From Acidimicrobiia bacterium (GTDB lineage Bacteria > Actinomycetota > Acidimicrobiia > IMCC26256 > PALSA-555), in assembly GCA_035468285.1 (NCBI GenBank), contig DATISY010000090.1:7407-71406 (forward strand): DNA of 64,000 bases, read 5' to 3'. A program made the position numbers and the translations under genes. This document shows, piece after piece, positions 10,406-20,323 of this stretch. Below the pieces are notes generated by a model, which was not told the DNA's origin, did not search any database, and saw only the letters and a program-made list of their open reading frames with translations. Each line of letters opens with the position of its first letter. Position 1 is the stretch's first letter.

Positions 10406-10420
10406 GGCGCGCAGGCTATC
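10406..10420 (-). promoter_or_regulatory. Conserved 15-mer GATAGCCTGCGCGCC (minus-strand reading) upstream of nuoA of operon 1; candidate -10 (TAGCCT) plus discriminator
   Basis: An identical 15-mer occurs upstream of the second nuoA (29022-29036) at a similar distance (44 vs 48 nt) from the GTG start. TAGCCT fits the actinobacterial TANNNT -10 pattern. Confidence 0.35.
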
Positions 10421-10462
10421 AGTGAGGGTCCGCCGGGCCTGAACCGCCGGGAGCCTGAACCG

Positions 10463-10488
10463 TGGTCGCGCAGGTCCCTGCGCGACCA
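10463..10488. repeat. Perfect inverted repeat TGGTCGCGCAGG-tc-CCTGCGCGACCA ending at the A of the patatin ORF start codon
   Basis: Read directly from the sequence: 12-nt arms with a 2-nt spacer. Confidence 0.6.
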
Positions 10489-11432
10489 TGACCGAGACGA
10501 GGAGGAGGGGTCGCATGCCAGGATCGCCGCGGCGCGCTGGCGGGGCACGGCCGCCTGGCACAGCGTTCGTGCTCTCGGGTGGCGGCAACCAGGGTGTGGC
10601 GCAGGTCGGGATGCTCCGCGCGCTGCTCGAACATGGGATCGTGCCCGACGTGGTGGTGGGCACCTCGGCGGGTGCGCTGAACGGCTGCTCGATCGCCACG
10701 TCACCGACCCTGGAGCGGGTCGATGAACTGGAGCGGGTGTGGCTGGGGTTACGAGGTGAGCAGGTCTTCCCGGGCGGGGTCCTGAAGCGGGCGTGGAATG
10801 TGTTGCGCCGCGACGACCACCTCTCCCCGAGCGAGGGTCTGCTCGGGGTGGTGGAGTCCGCGGGATCGGCGGCGGACTTCGCCAGCCTGGAGGTCCCGTT
10901 GCGGGTGGTGACGACGGACCTGGACACCGGCGACGAGATTCTCATCGTGTCGGGTCCGACGGCCCCGGCGCTGTTGGCGAGCGCGGCGATCCCGGGCATC
11001 TTCCCGCCCGTGGAGTTGAACGGGCATCGGCTGGTCGACGGGGCGGTCGTGAACCTGGTGCCGATCTCGCATGCGCTCGCCGGTCCGACCGGTCGGATCT
11101 TCGTGCTCGACGTCTCGGACCCGCTGGGTGACCGCCCGATCCGCTCCCCGTTGGATGTGGCGATCCGGGCGTTCGCGATCTCGCGTGATCAGCGCTTCGA
11201 GCTCGAGCTGCAGTGGGTCCCACCCGACGTCGAAGTGGTCGTGTTGCCGGCGCCCCGGGATGACCGCGAGTTCTTCGACTTTTCGGGTGGCGGTGCGATC
11301 GTCAACGAGGCGTACAAGCTGGCGTCGGACGCGCTCGACGAGTACGAGGGCCGATCGCAGCCTCGGTCGAGACGGTTCTGGGCCTGGGGCGGCAGAGGAC
11401 GGACGCTCAGGCGTTCCAGCGTCGGAGCGTGA
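10488..11432 (+). CDS. Patatin-like phospholipase
   Basis: [10 protein letters not shown] (oxyanion GGGxxG) and GTSAGA (GxSxG) motifs. An alternative start at M10 (10515) is possible. Confidence 0.8.
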   Translation: MTETRRRGRMPGSPRRAGGARPPGTAFVLSGGGNQGVAQVGMLRALLEHGIVPDVVVGTSAGALNGCSIATSPTLERVDELERVWLGLRGEQVFPGGVLKRAWNVLRRDDHLSPSEGLLGVVESAGSAADFASLEVPLRVVTTDLDTGDEILIVSGPTAPALLASAAIPGIFPPVELNGHRLVDGAVVNLVPISHALAGPTGRIFVLDVSDPLGDRPIRSPLDVAIRAFAISRDQRFELELQWVPPDVEVVVLPAPRDDREFFDFSGGGAIVNEAYKLASDALDEYEGRSQPRSRRFWAWGGRGRTLRRSSVGA

Positions 11433-11976
11433 CGTCCTCGTGCTCGTGGCCGAGGACGTTGAGCGTCGCGGTCTCGAGGGCGAACTGGGCGCCGTTCCGG
11501 ACGTTGAAGCCGAGGTACACCGCGGTGAGGGCCCTCAGGATGTGCCCGTGCGCGAAGAGCAACGTGTCCCCGGGCGCGGCTTCGCACCGGGCGATCACTG
11601 CCTGGACCCGGGTCTGCACCTGCGGGGCGGTCTCCCCGCCCGGTGGGTCCCCGTTCCAGATGGTCCAGCCGGGCCGGTCGACGCGGATCTCGTCGCTCGT
11701 GACGCCTTCGTAGTCGCCGTAGTCCCATTCGAGGAGGTCCTCGTCGACGACCGCGTCGGGATAGCCGGCGAGCCGTGCGGTGTCGCGGGCCCGTCGCAAC
11801 GGGCTCGTCAGCACGAGCGCGAACGTCTGGTCGCGCAGACGGGGCGCGAGCCCGAGCGCCTCGTCCTCACCGGTTGGCAGGAGCGGGAGGTCGGTGCGGC
11901 CGGTGTGGCGGCCTTCTTGGCTCCACTCGGTGTCGCCGTGACGGACGAGCCAGATCCCGGGCGCGGTCGCGGTCAC
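11407..11976 (-). CDS. Histidine phosphatase family protein (phosphoglycerate-mutase-like)
   Basis: LVRHGDTEW ... [12 protein letters not shown] motif (RHG catalytic His). 189 aa. Confidence 0.8.
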   Translation of the reverse strand: MTATAPGIWLVRHGDTEWSQEGRHTGRTDLPLLPTGEDEALGLAPRLRDQTFALVLTSPLRRARDTARLAGYPDAVVDEDLLEWDYGDYEGVTSDEIRVDRPGWTIWNGDPPGGETAPQVQTRVQAVIARCEAAPGDTLLFAHGHILRALTAVYLGFNVRNGAQFALETATLNVLGHEHEDVTLRRWNA

Positions 11977-13595
11977 GTCCGGAGACGTCGGTACCGGCGG
12001 ATGAGCGCGTTCGTCGACGTGTCGTGGGCGAGCTCGGGTTCCTGGGCGGCGTCGAGCTCGGGGATGATGTCAGACGCGAGCTTCTTGCCGAGCTCCACGC
12101 CCCACTGGTCGAACGAGTTGATGTCCCAGACGGTGCCTTGGGTGAAGACCTTGTGCTCGTAGAGCGCGATGAGCTGACCGAGGGTGTGGGGGGTGAGCTC
12201 GGGGATCAGCATGGTGTTCGTCGGGTGGTTGCCGGCGAAGGTGCGGTGCGGGACCTGGAACTCGGGGACGCCTTCGGCTCTGACCTCCGCTGCGGTCTTC
12301 CCGAACGCGAGTGCTTGGGGCTGGGCGAAGAGGTTCGCCATCAACAGGTTGTGGTGGTCACCGAGCGGGTGGCGGGGACGACAGAACCCGATGAAGTCGC
12401 ATGGGATCAGCTTCGTCCCTTGGTGGATGAGCTGGTAGTAGGCGTGCTGACCGTTCGTTCCCGGTTGGCCCCACACGATCGGTCCGGTCTGCCAGCCGAC
12501 GGGTTCGCCTTCGAGGGTGACGGACTTGCCGTTGCTCTCCATGTCGAGTTGCTGGAGGTAGTCGGTGAGGCGGGCCAGGTACTGGTCGTACGGGAGGATC
12601 GCGACGGTCTCGGCCCCGAAGAAGTTGTCGTACCAGATGCCGATGAGCCCGAGGATCATCGGCAGGTTCTGTTCGATCGGCGCGGTGCGGAAGTGCTCGT
12701 CGATGACATGGAATCCCGCGAGCATGCTCCCGAAGGCGTCGGGGCCGATGGCGACCATGAGGGAGAGCCCGATCGCAGAGTCGTAGGAGTAGCGCCCGCC
12801 GACCCAGTCCCAGAATTCGAACATGTTGGCGGGGTCGATGCCGAACTTCTCGACTTCGGCCTGGTTGGTCGAAACGGCGACGAAGTGCTTGGCGATCGCG
12901 GCGTCGGTGTGGAGCGCGGCGAGGGCCCATTCGCGGGCGGTGCGGGCGTTGGTCATGGTCTCGAGCGTGGTGAAGGTCTTGGACGCGACGATGAACAGGG
13001 TCTCTTCCTGGTCGAGGTCGCGGGTGGACTCCCAGAAGTCGGTGGCGTCGACGTTGGAGACAAACCGGACGGTCAGGGAGCGGTCGCTGAAGTCCTTGAG
13101 CGCCTCGTACGCCATGCGCGGGCCGAGGTCGCTGCCGCCGATGCCGATGTTGATGATGTTGCGGATCCGTCGGCCGGTGTGGCCGGTCCACGCCCCGGAT
13201 CGGACCCGATCGGCGAAGTCGGTCATGCGGTCGAGGACCCGGTGGACCTGCGGTACGACGTCGACGCCGTCGACGACGATGCGGGCGTCGCGGGGGGCGC
13301 GGAGCGCGACGTGGAGCACGGCGCGTCGCTCGGTGACGTTGATCTTCTCGCCGGCGAACATGGCGTCGCGCCGCTGCTCGACGTCGGCCCGGCGGGCGAG
13401 GGCGGCAAGGAGCCGAATCGTCTCGCCGGTGAGTCGGTTCTTGGAGTAGTCGAGGTACAGGTCACCGGCTTCGAGGTGCATGGTGTCGCCGCGGCCGGGG
13501 TCCTCGGCGAAGAGCTGGCGGAGATGCACCGAGCGCAGCTGGTCGTAGTGGTCCGCGAGTGACGCCCATTCCGGCGTGTCCACGATGCGGGTCAT
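11973..13595 (-). CDS. pgi: Glucose-6-phosphate isomerase
   Basis: 540 aa with [20 protein letters not shown] and [13 protein letters not shown] motifs. Confidence 0.9.
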   Translation of the reverse strand: MTRIVDTPEWASLADHYDQLRSVHLRQLFAEDPGRGDTMHLEAGDLYLDYSKNRLTGETIRLLAALARRADVEQRRDAMFAGEKINVTERRAVLHVALRAPRDARIVVDGVDVVPQVHRVLDRMTDFADRVRSGAWTGHTGRRIRNIINIGIGGSDLGPRMAYEALKDFSDRSLTVRFVSNVDATDFWESTRDLDQEETLFIVASKTFTTLETMTNARTAREWALAALHTDAAIAKHFVAVSTNQAEVEKFGIDPANMFEFWDWVGGRYSYDSAIGLSLMVAIGPDAFGSMLAGFHVIDEHFRTAPIEQNLPMILGLIGIWYDNFFGAETVAILPYDQYLARLTDYLQQLDMESNGKSVTLEGEPVGWQTGPIVWGQPGTNGQHAYYQLIHQGTKLIPCDFIGFCRPRHPLGDHHNLLMANLFAQPQALAFGKTAAEVRAEGVPEFQVPHRTFAGNHPTNTMLIPELTPHTLGQLIALYEHKVFTQGTVWDINSFDQWGVELGKKLASDIIPELDAAQEPELAHDTSTNALIRRYRRLRT

Positions 13596-13662
13596 CGCCG
13601 CCCTCCTCTCGTCGGGGGGAGCCTACGGGGCCTTCGGTCTGCCCCGGTCGACGAGTCGGTTC

Positions 13663-15153
13663 CTACAGCAGGAACGTCGCGTCGCGTGCCCAGTGGACGA
13701 ACGTCCCGGGGACGACACCGACGACGACGACCAGCGCGACGCAGGCGACGAGCACGATCCCGGACCACGGGTCGACCCGGCGCAGCAGCCCGCCCGGTTC
13801 GGGTGCATCGTCGGGTCGTGCGCTGAGCATGGTGAGCGCGATGCGCAGGTAGTAGAAGGCGCCGACGACGCTCGCGAGCACCCCGATGATGAGGAGGGCG
13901 TACTCGTGCGCCTGGGCCGCGGCGCTGAAGACCTCGAGCTTGGCGACGAAGCCGCCGGTGAACGGGACGCCGGCCTGCGCGAGGACGAAGAAGATGAGGA
14001 GGCCACCGACCACGGGCCGTTCGAGGGCGAGCCCGCGGTAGTCGTCGAGGGAGTGGTGGTCGTCGCCGCGGCGGGCGGCGATGGTGATGACCGCGAACGC
14101 CCCGATGGTCATGAACGCGTAGACGAACAGGTAGAGGAGGGCCGCTTCCCGGCCGCGTGACGTGTTGGCCTGGAACCCGATGAGGATGAACCCGGCATGG
14201 CCGATGGACGAGTACGCGAGGATCCGCTTCACGTCGGTCTGGATGACAGCCGCGACGTTCCCGACGACGAGCGAGAGCACGGCGAGCGCCCAGACCGCGG
14301 GCCGCCAGTCGCTGCGGTAGAGCGGGAAAGCGACCCCAAAGATCCGGATCAGTGCGGCGAAGCCGGCGGCTTTGGTCGCCGCCGACATGAAGGACGTCAC
14401 CGGTGTCGGAGATCCTTGGTAGACGTCGGGGGTCCACATGTGGAACGGGACGGCGGCGACCTTGAACCCGAGGCCGACGAGGAGCAGCGCGATCCCGCCG
14501 AGCAGGGTGCCCTGGTCGAGCAGCGTGGTGTTGGCGAGGAACCGCGCGATCCCGGTGAGGGAGGTGGTGCCGGTGGCCCCATAGGTGAGCGCGACGCCGT
14601 AGAGGAACACCGCGGACGAGAACGCGCCGAGCACGAAGTACTTCATCCCGGCTTCTTGGGAGCTGAGCCGTCGCCGGTCGAACGCCGCGAGCACGTACAG
14701 CGGGATGGACAGCACCTCGAGGGCGAGGAACACGACGATCAGGTCGTTCGCGGTGGTCATGACGAGCATCCCGGCGGCGGACAACAAGATGAGCGCGAAG
14801 TACTCGGGTGCCTCGAGACCCTCCCGGCGCAGGTAGGCGACGGAGAGGAGGAGGGCCATGACCGTGGCGATGAGGACGACGACGCCGAGGAACACGCCGA
14901 ACGGGTCGACGCGGACCATGCCGGCGATGGTGGTCATCGCCCGGTGCCCACGCAGGAGGTGCCACAGCCGGTACTGGACCGCGCCGGCCGCGACGACGCC
15001 AGAGATCGCGACGACCGTGCAGAGCGGCACGACGATCGGCCGGCGGCGCAGCACCGACCGCAGCATGACGATGAACACCCCGGCGGCGGCGAGGGCGATC
15101 TCGGGCGAGATGGCCAGCCAGTTGACGGTGGGGTGCACGATCGGCGGGGTCAC
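13663..15153 (-). CDS. nuoN: NADH-quinone oxidoreductase subunit N (14-subunit operon)
   Basis: 496 aa with HMWTPDVYQGSPTPVTSF motif. Overlaps the nuoM stop. Confidence 0.9.
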   Translation of the reverse strand: MTPPIVHPTVNWLAISPEIALAAAGVFIVMLRSVLRRRPIVVPLCTVVAISGVVAAGAVQYRLWHLLRGHRAMTTIAGMVRVDPFGVFLGVVVLIATVMALLLSVAYLRREGLEAPEYFALILLSAAGMLVMTTANDLIVVFLALEVLSIPLYVLAAFDRRRLSSQEAGMKYFVLGAFSSAVFLYGVALTYGATGTTSLTGIARFLANTTLLDQGTLLGGIALLLVGLGFKVAAVPFHMWTPDVYQGSPTPVTSFMSAATKAAGFAALIRIFGVAFPLYRSDWRPAVWALAVLSLVVGNVAAVIQTDVKRILAYSSIGHAGFILIGFQANTSRGREAALLYLFVYAFMTIGAFAVITIAARRGDDHHSLDDYRGLALERPVVGGLLIFFVLAQAGVPFTGGFVAKLEVFSAAAQAHEYALLIIGVLASVVGAFYYLRIALTMLSARPDDAPEPGGLLRRVDPWSGIVLVACVALVVVVGVVPGTFVHWARDATFLL

Positions 15154-16742
15154 GGCGCGCCCCGTCCGAGCTGGATCGACTGGGAGGCGGTGACCCCATC
15201 GGGGAGCTTCGTGGGTGCGTAGCCCTTGGGCCGCTTCTCACGGAAGTGGGTCTTGAGCTCGAGGTTGACGATGGTGCGCTTCAACGAGGGCTCGACGCGC
15301 TCGATCGCGAGCTTGGGGTACAGGCCGAGGAAGAGGCTGAGGGCGAGAAGCGGCGCGACGACCATCACCTCGCGGAGGTTGACGTCGGGCAGTTTCAGGT
15401 TGATACCGGTGGGCTTGCCCATGAACGTCCGCTGGAAGGCCCACAGCATGTACACCGCGGCGAAGATGACCCCGACCACGCCCGCGACAGCCCAGGGTCG
15501 TCGGGACACGAACGTGCCCGCGAGTGACAGGAACTCCCCGATGAAACCCGAGAAGCCGGGAAGGCCGATGCCGGCGAACATCGCGCCGAGGAACAACGCG
15601 GTGAGGAGGGGCGCGGACCGCCAGATGCCGCCGTACTCGGCGATCTCGTAGGTGTGGCGACGCTCGTAGAGCATGCCGACGAGCAGGAACAGCGCGCCGG
15701 TGGTGAGCGGATGGCTGAGCATCGTGAACACCGCGCCGTCGAGACCGATGACGGTGAGCGAGAAGACGCCCACGATCACGAACCCCATGTGTGCGACCGA
15801 CGAGTAGGCGATGATCCGTTTCAGGTTCTTCTGCATCGCGGCGACGATCGCCCCGTAGAGGATGCCGATGACCCCGAGGGTGAGGAGCAGCGGCGCGAGG
15901 TCGACGGAGGCGTGAGGGAACAGCTCGAGCGAGAAGCGCAGCAGCCCGTACGCGCCCATCTTGAGGATGACGCCCGCCAGCACCACCGAGCCCGCGGTCG
16001 GCGCCTCGGTGTGCACGTCGGGCAGCCAGGTGTGGAGCGGGACCAGGGGGACCTTGATCGCGAACGCGGCGAGGAACCCGAAGAACAGCAAGACCTCGGT
16101 GGTGCTGGACAGGCCGTGCCAGCTCCACGCGGCCAGGACGCGGTAGTCGAAGGAGAGGACGCCGGTCTGGGACTGGTGGATGAATCCGAGGATCAGGGTG
16201 CTCGCCAGCATCAACGATGATCCAGCAGCCGTATAGATGAAGAACTTCGTGGCCGCGTACTGGCGCCGTCCGTGACCCCAGCCCTGGATCAGGAAGTACA
16301 TGGGGACCAGGAGGATCTCCCAGAACAAGAAGAAGACGATGAGGTCCAGGGAGAGGAAGATCCCCATGAGCGAGAACTCGAGCAGCAGGAACCACGCGGT
16401 GAACGCCTTCGGTCGCTGCGTCGGGTACCGCTGGGAGGCGAGGAGCCCGATCGGGATGAGCAACGCGGTGGCGAGGATCATGAAGAGGCTGATCCCGTCG
16501 ACACCGACGATGTAGCGCGACCCGATCGAAGGGAGCCACGGCCGGTTCTCGACGAACTGGAAGAACACCTTCTTGGTCGAAAAGTCGGCCAGCAGCCAGC
16601 AGGCCAGGCCGAGCGTGGCGACGCTGAACGCGTACCCGACCGCCCTGACGAGCTCGGGGCGCCGGCCTGGGAGGAGCGCGACGACGACCGCCCCGATGAG
16701 CGGCGTCGCGATGATGGCGGTGAGGATCGGGAAGTCGGTCAC
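15150..16742 (-). CDS. nuoM: NADH-quinone oxidoreductase subunit M
   Basis: 530 aa with HTWLPDVHTEAPT motif. Confidence 0.9.
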   Translation of the reverse strand: MTDFPILTAIIATPLIGAVVVALLPGRRPELVRAVGYAFSVATLGLACWLLADFSTKKVFFQFVENRPWLPSIGSRYIVGVDGISLFMILATALLIPIGLLASQRYPTQRPKAFTAWFLLLEFSLMGIFLSLDLIVFFLFWEILLVPMYFLIQGWGHGRRQYAATKFFIYTAAGSSLMLASTLILGFIHQSQTGVLSFDYRVLAAWSWHGLSSTTEVLLFFGFLAAFAIKVPLVPLHTWLPDVHTEAPTAGSVVLAGVILKMGAYGLLRFSLELFPHASVDLAPLLLTLGVIGILYGAIVAAMQKNLKRIIAYSSVAHMGFVIVGVFSLTVIGLDGAVFTMLSHPLTTGALFLLVGMLYERRHTYEIAEYGGIWRSAPLLTALFLGAMFAGIGLPGFSGFIGEFLSLAGTFVSRRPWAVAGVVGVIFAAVYMLWAFQRTFMGKPTGINLKLPDVNLREVMVVAPLLALSLFLGLYPKLAIERVEPSLKRTIVNLELKTHFREKRPKGYAPTKLPDGVTASQSIQLGRGAP

Positions 16743-16743
16743 A

Positions 16744-18804
16744 TCACCGTCCCGCGTACGCGAGGAAGAAGAGGAGCAGCGCGGCCGCGCCGAGCGCGAT
16801 TCCGATCGCGTACCGGCGGACGAGGCCGTCTTGGGCGTGGCGCAGCCCTTCGGCGGCCCGGCGGACGAGATGCCCGGTGCCGTTCACCGCGCCGTCGATC
16901 ACCCGCTGGTCGACGTCCCGGTCGAGGAACGTGGCAAACCCCCGGACCGGCCCGTCAACGGCCTTCGAGATCGCCTCGTCGTAGTAGTACCCGTGGCCGA
17001 TGACGTCGCCGACGACGCCGAGCCGTTCCTGGAGGGGATCGTCGGCCGGGGACGGCAGGCCGCGCCGATAGAAGAGGAAGGCCACCAAGATCCCGACGGC
17101 GCCGAAGGCGAGCGCGGTGGCGCTGAGCGCCGCGGCGCCCGCGAAGCTCTCGGTGATCGGTGCGCCTCGGAACACCGGCTCGAGCCACGCGTCGAGGTGC
17201 GTCCCGCCCCGCAGCGGGATGTCGATGATCCCGCCGACGATGGAGAGCACCGCCAGCGTCACGATCGGGAGCACCATGAGCATCGGGCTCTCGTGCGGTT
17301 CGTGACCATGGAGGCGGGGGGTTCGGGGCGGTTCCCCGTACACCACGGTCGGGAGGTAGTCGGGCTCGTACCCCAGCTCGGCTTCGACGTCCTCGCTCGC
17401 GACGACGTCATCATCGTCGGACCCTCCGCTGACCGCGGCCACGGCTGGGGCATCCGACGTGCCCCACCGGGCGTTGCCAAAGAAGGTCAGCAGGATGAGC
17501 CGCGTCATGTAGAGGGCGGTCATGACGGCGGCGACGATCCCGACGGCCCAGATGCCGAAGTCGTGGCGCACGTACGCCGCTTCGAGGACGCCATCCTTCG
17601 CCCAGAACCCGTCGAAGGGTGGCGCCCCGGCGATGGCGAGCCAGGCCACGACCATCGCACCGGCGGTGTACGGCATGAACCGGCGGAGGGCGCCCATGAC
17701 GCGCATGTCCTGGTTCTCGCCGTTGCCGTGGATCACGGATCCGGCGCCGAGGAACAGGCAGGCCTTGTAGAAGGCGTGCATCAGCACGAAGAACACCGCG
17801 GCGGCGTACGCCCCGGTGCCGAGGGCGAGGAACATGTAGCCGAGCTGGCTGATCGTCGAGTACGCCAGCACACGTTTGATGTCGGGTTGGAGGACCGCCA
17901 TGGTGCCGGCGACGAGCGCGGTGATCGCGCCGATCCATGCGACGACCGTCATCGCGGAGTGGCTGGCGTCGAAGAAGGGGTGCGCCCGACAGATCAGGAA
18001 CACCCCCGCGGTGACCATCGTCGCCGCGTGGATGAGCGCGGAGACCGGGGTGGGGCCCTCCATCGCGTCGGGGAGCCACGGGAACAGCGGGATTTGAGCG
18101 CTCTTCCCGGTGCACCCCAGGAAGAGGAGGAGCGCGATCGCGGTGGTGATGCCACCCGAGGCGTGCAGCGCGGCGTGGCCGGTGGCGCCGTAGTCCAGGG
18201 TGCCGAACTGCGCGATCAGCAGGAACATGGCGATGAGGAACCCGATGTCGCCGACGCGGTTGTAGATGAACGCCTTCTTGCCCCCGAGGGCGGCGGTGCT
18301 GCGCTCGTACCAGAAGGCGATGAGGAGATAGGAGCAGAGGCCGACGCCTTCCCACCCGAGGAAGGTGAGGAGGTAGCTGCTGGCGAGCACGAGGATCAGC
18401 ATCGATGCCGCGAACAGGTTGAAGTACGCGAAGAACCGCCCAGTGTTCGGGTCGTCGCGCATGTAGCCGATGGCATAGAGGTGGATGAGCGTCCCGACGC
18501 CGGTGACGAGCAGGCACCAGGTGATGGACAGGGGATCGGCGAGGAACCCGATGTTCACGTGGAGCTGGTCGGCGGGCAGCCAGGTGAAGATGATGCTGAC
18601 GTGGCTGCGGGCGTCGGGAGGGAGGCTCAGCAGCGCGGCGAGCTGCACGACAGACCAGGCGAACGCGAGGGCCATGAGGCCGGTGGCGACCCAGCCGGCG
18701 CGCGGGGAACCGAGCCGACGGCCGAAGGCCATCAGGAATGCCGCACCGATAAGGGGCAACAGCGCGACGATGCCGACGAGGCCGAGGACGTCGCGCGCGT
18801 TCAC
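16744..18804 (-). CDS. nuoL: NADH-quinone oxidoreductase subunit L
   Basis: 686 aa with FLGWEGVGLCSYLLI. Intact N-terminus MNARDVLGLVGIVALLPLIGAAFLMAFGRR. Confidence 0.9.
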   Translation of the reverse strand: MNARDVLGLVGIVALLPLIGAAFLMAFGRRLGSPRAGWVATGLMALAFAWSVVQLAALLSLPPDARSHVSIIFTWLPADQLHVNIGFLADPLSITWCLLVTGVGTLIHLYAIGYMRDDPNTGRFFAYFNLFAASMLILVLASSYLLTFLGWEGVGLCSYLLIAFWYERSTAALGGKKAFIYNRVGDIGFLIAMFLLIAQFGTLDYGATGHAALHASGGITTAIALLLFLGCTGKSAQIPLFPWLPDAMEGPTPVSALIHAATMVTAGVFLICRAHPFFDASHSAMTVVAWIGAITALVAGTMAVLQPDIKRVLAYSTISQLGYMFLALGTGAYAAAVFFVLMHAFYKACLFLGAGSVIHGNGENQDMRVMGALRRFMPYTAGAMVVAWLAIAGAPPFDGFWAKDGVLEAAYVRHDFGIWAVGIVAAVMTALYMTRLILLTFFGNARWGTSDAPAVAAVSGGSDDDDVVASEDVEAELGYEPDYLPTVVYGEPPRTPRLHGHEPHESPMLMVLPIVTLAVLSIVGGIIDIPLRGGTHLDAWLEPVFRGAPITESFAGAAALSATALAFGAVGILVAFLFYRRGLPSPADDPLQERLGVVGDVIGHGYYYDEAISKAVDGPVRGFATFLDRDVDQRVIDGAVNGTGHLVRRAAEGLRHAQDGLVRRYAIGIALGAAALLLFFLAYAGR

Positions 18805-18828
18805 CGGGTCACCGTGCCGTCCATGCGG

Positions 18829-19146
18829 TCAGCCCTCCAGGCTCCGGAGATCGTCGGCGGTCGCGGCGCGCCGACGACGGAAGATGGCCACGATGATGGC
18901 CAGGCCGACCGCAACCTCAGCGGCCGCGACCACCAGGGTGAAGAACACGAGGACCTGCCCGGCAGCGTCGTTGAGGGCCTTGGCGAACGCCACAAATGTG
19001 AGGTTGACCGCGTTGAGCATGAGCTCGACGCACATGAACATGACGAGCACGTTGCGGCGCACGAGCAGGCCCACCGCGCCGATCCCGAACAGCGCCGCGG
19101 CGAGCACGAGGTAGTAGCTGGACGTGATCGTGAACGCGCCGATCAC
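18829..19146 (-). CDS. nuoK: NADH-quinone oxidoreductase subunit K
   Basis: 105 aa from GTG 19146 (GTGA overlap with the nuoJ stop). [11 protein letters not shown] motif. Confidence 0.85.
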   Translation of the reverse strand: MIGAFTITSSYYLVLAAALFGIGAVGLLVRRNVLVMFMCVELMLNAVNLTFVAFAKALNDAAGQVLVFFTLVVAAAEVAVGLAIIVAIFRRRRAATADDLRSLEG

Positions 19147-19697
19147 GGGATGCCCCCGTCTTGGGGGACCGGGTCGGGTCGTTCGCCGCTCCGGCGGGCG
19201 AGCACGACACTCCCGACGACGGCGATGACGAGCAGCACCGCGGTGATCTGGAACGGCCACAGGAAGTCGGTGAACAGGACCCGGGCGACCCGTTCGATGT
19301 TGCTGCCGAAGTGGCCGCCGGTGAGCCCGACGCCGTGAACCGTCTTCGCGCCGGTCGCCCACCGGTGACCGGCGAGGAAGAGGATCTCGGCGAGCACGAT
19401 CGCGCCCAGGCCGAGCGCGATCGGCCGCTGGAACCGGAGCGGCTCGGTGCGCTGCTCGGGCCGGTCGACGCCAAGCAACATGATCACGAACAGGAACAGC
19501 ACGACGATCGCGCCCGCATAGACGATGATCTGGACCGCGGCGACGAGCTGGGCGTCCTGGAGCAGGAAGAGCACGGCCACGCTGACCAGGGTGAGGACGA
19601 GAAACAGCGCCGAGTGGACAGGGTTGCGAGCGAGGACGACCCCGAGCGCGGCGCCGAGCGTGAGCGCCCCAAAGATGAAGAAGAGCGCGACGGTCAT
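19143..19697 (-). CDS. nuoJ: NADH-quinone oxidoreductase subunit J
   Basis: 184 aa membrane protein with [11 protein letters not shown] motif. Confidence 0.85.
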   Translation of the reverse strand: MTVALFFIFGALTLGAALGVVLARNPVHSALFLVLTLVSVAVLFLLQDAQLVAAVQIIVYAGAIVVLFLFVIMLLGVDRPEQRTEPLRFQRPIALGLGAIVLAEILFLAGHRWATGAKTVHGVGLTGGHFGSNIERVARVLFTDFLWPFQITAVLLVIAVVGSVVLARRSGERPDPVPQDGGIP

Positions 19698-20323
19698 GGG
19701 TGGCTGCTCGGGTCAGGAGGGGTCACGGCAGACGCGTCGGACGCCTGGCCGTGCTCCGGCTCGCGGACGCCGAAGCCGAGCTCGGCAGACCAGGCCACCC
19801 GGTCCTCGTACTCGGCGTTGCCCGAGGGGGAGGTGGCGCGCATCCAGGCGCTGGTCTCGTCGTCCTCGCCGCCGAGCCACAGCTCCCAGGGTTGACGGCG
19901 GGCGCGCCCGTCGTCGTCGACGAGCAGCTCGGCTTTGGTGTAGATGGCTTCGTCACGGTGCGCGAACGAGAACTCGAAGAGCTTGGTCTCGGTGATGGCC
20001 TCGGTCGGGCACGCCTCGACGCAGAGGTCGCAGTGGATGCACCGCAGGTAGTTGATCTCGTACACGAAGCCGTACCGTTCACCCGGTGACACGGGGTCAT
20101 CGGGCAGGTTGTCGGCGCCGCGCACATAGATGCAGTGGGCCGGGCACACGCCGGCGCAGAGTTCGCAGCCGATGCACTTCTCCATGCCGTCCTCGTACCG
20201 GTTGAGGACGTGCCGACCATGGAACCGGCTCGGCTTCGGCCGCTTTTCCTGCGGGTACTTCTCGGTGACACGCGGCCGGAAGACTTGTTGGATGGTGACC
20301 CGGAATCCCGAGAGGCGACCCAT
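19694..20323 (-). CDS. nuoI: NADH-quinone oxidoreductase subunit I
   Basis: [12 protein letters not shown] and [12 protein letters not shown] motifs. Confidence 0.9.
   Translation of the reverse strand: MGRLSGFRVTIQQVFRPRVTEKYPQEKRPKPSRFHGRHVLNRYEDGMEKCIGCELCAGVCPAHCIYVRGADNLPDDPVSPGERYGFVYEINYLRCIHCDLCVEACPTEAITETKLFEFSFAHRDEAIYTKAELLVDDDGRARRQPWELWLGGEDDETSAWMRATSPSGNAEYEDRVAWSAELGFGVREPEHGQASDASAVTPPDPSSHP

Noticed and set aside
9500-10999. N-terminal extensions of track ORFs. Examples are the 499-aa ORF containing nuoB, the 682-aa ORF containing the geranylgeranyl reductase, the 681-aa ORF containing hemA, and the 657-, 1013- and 520-aa ORFs containing nuoD2, nuoG and nuoH2. The 525-aa ORF containing hemB is another.
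   Set aside because: The extensions are Arg/Pro-rich and overlap the upstream gene in another frame. Internal ATG or GTG codons that overlap the preceding stop (ATGA/GTGA), or that follow a Shine-Dalgarno sequence, give family-typical N-termini.
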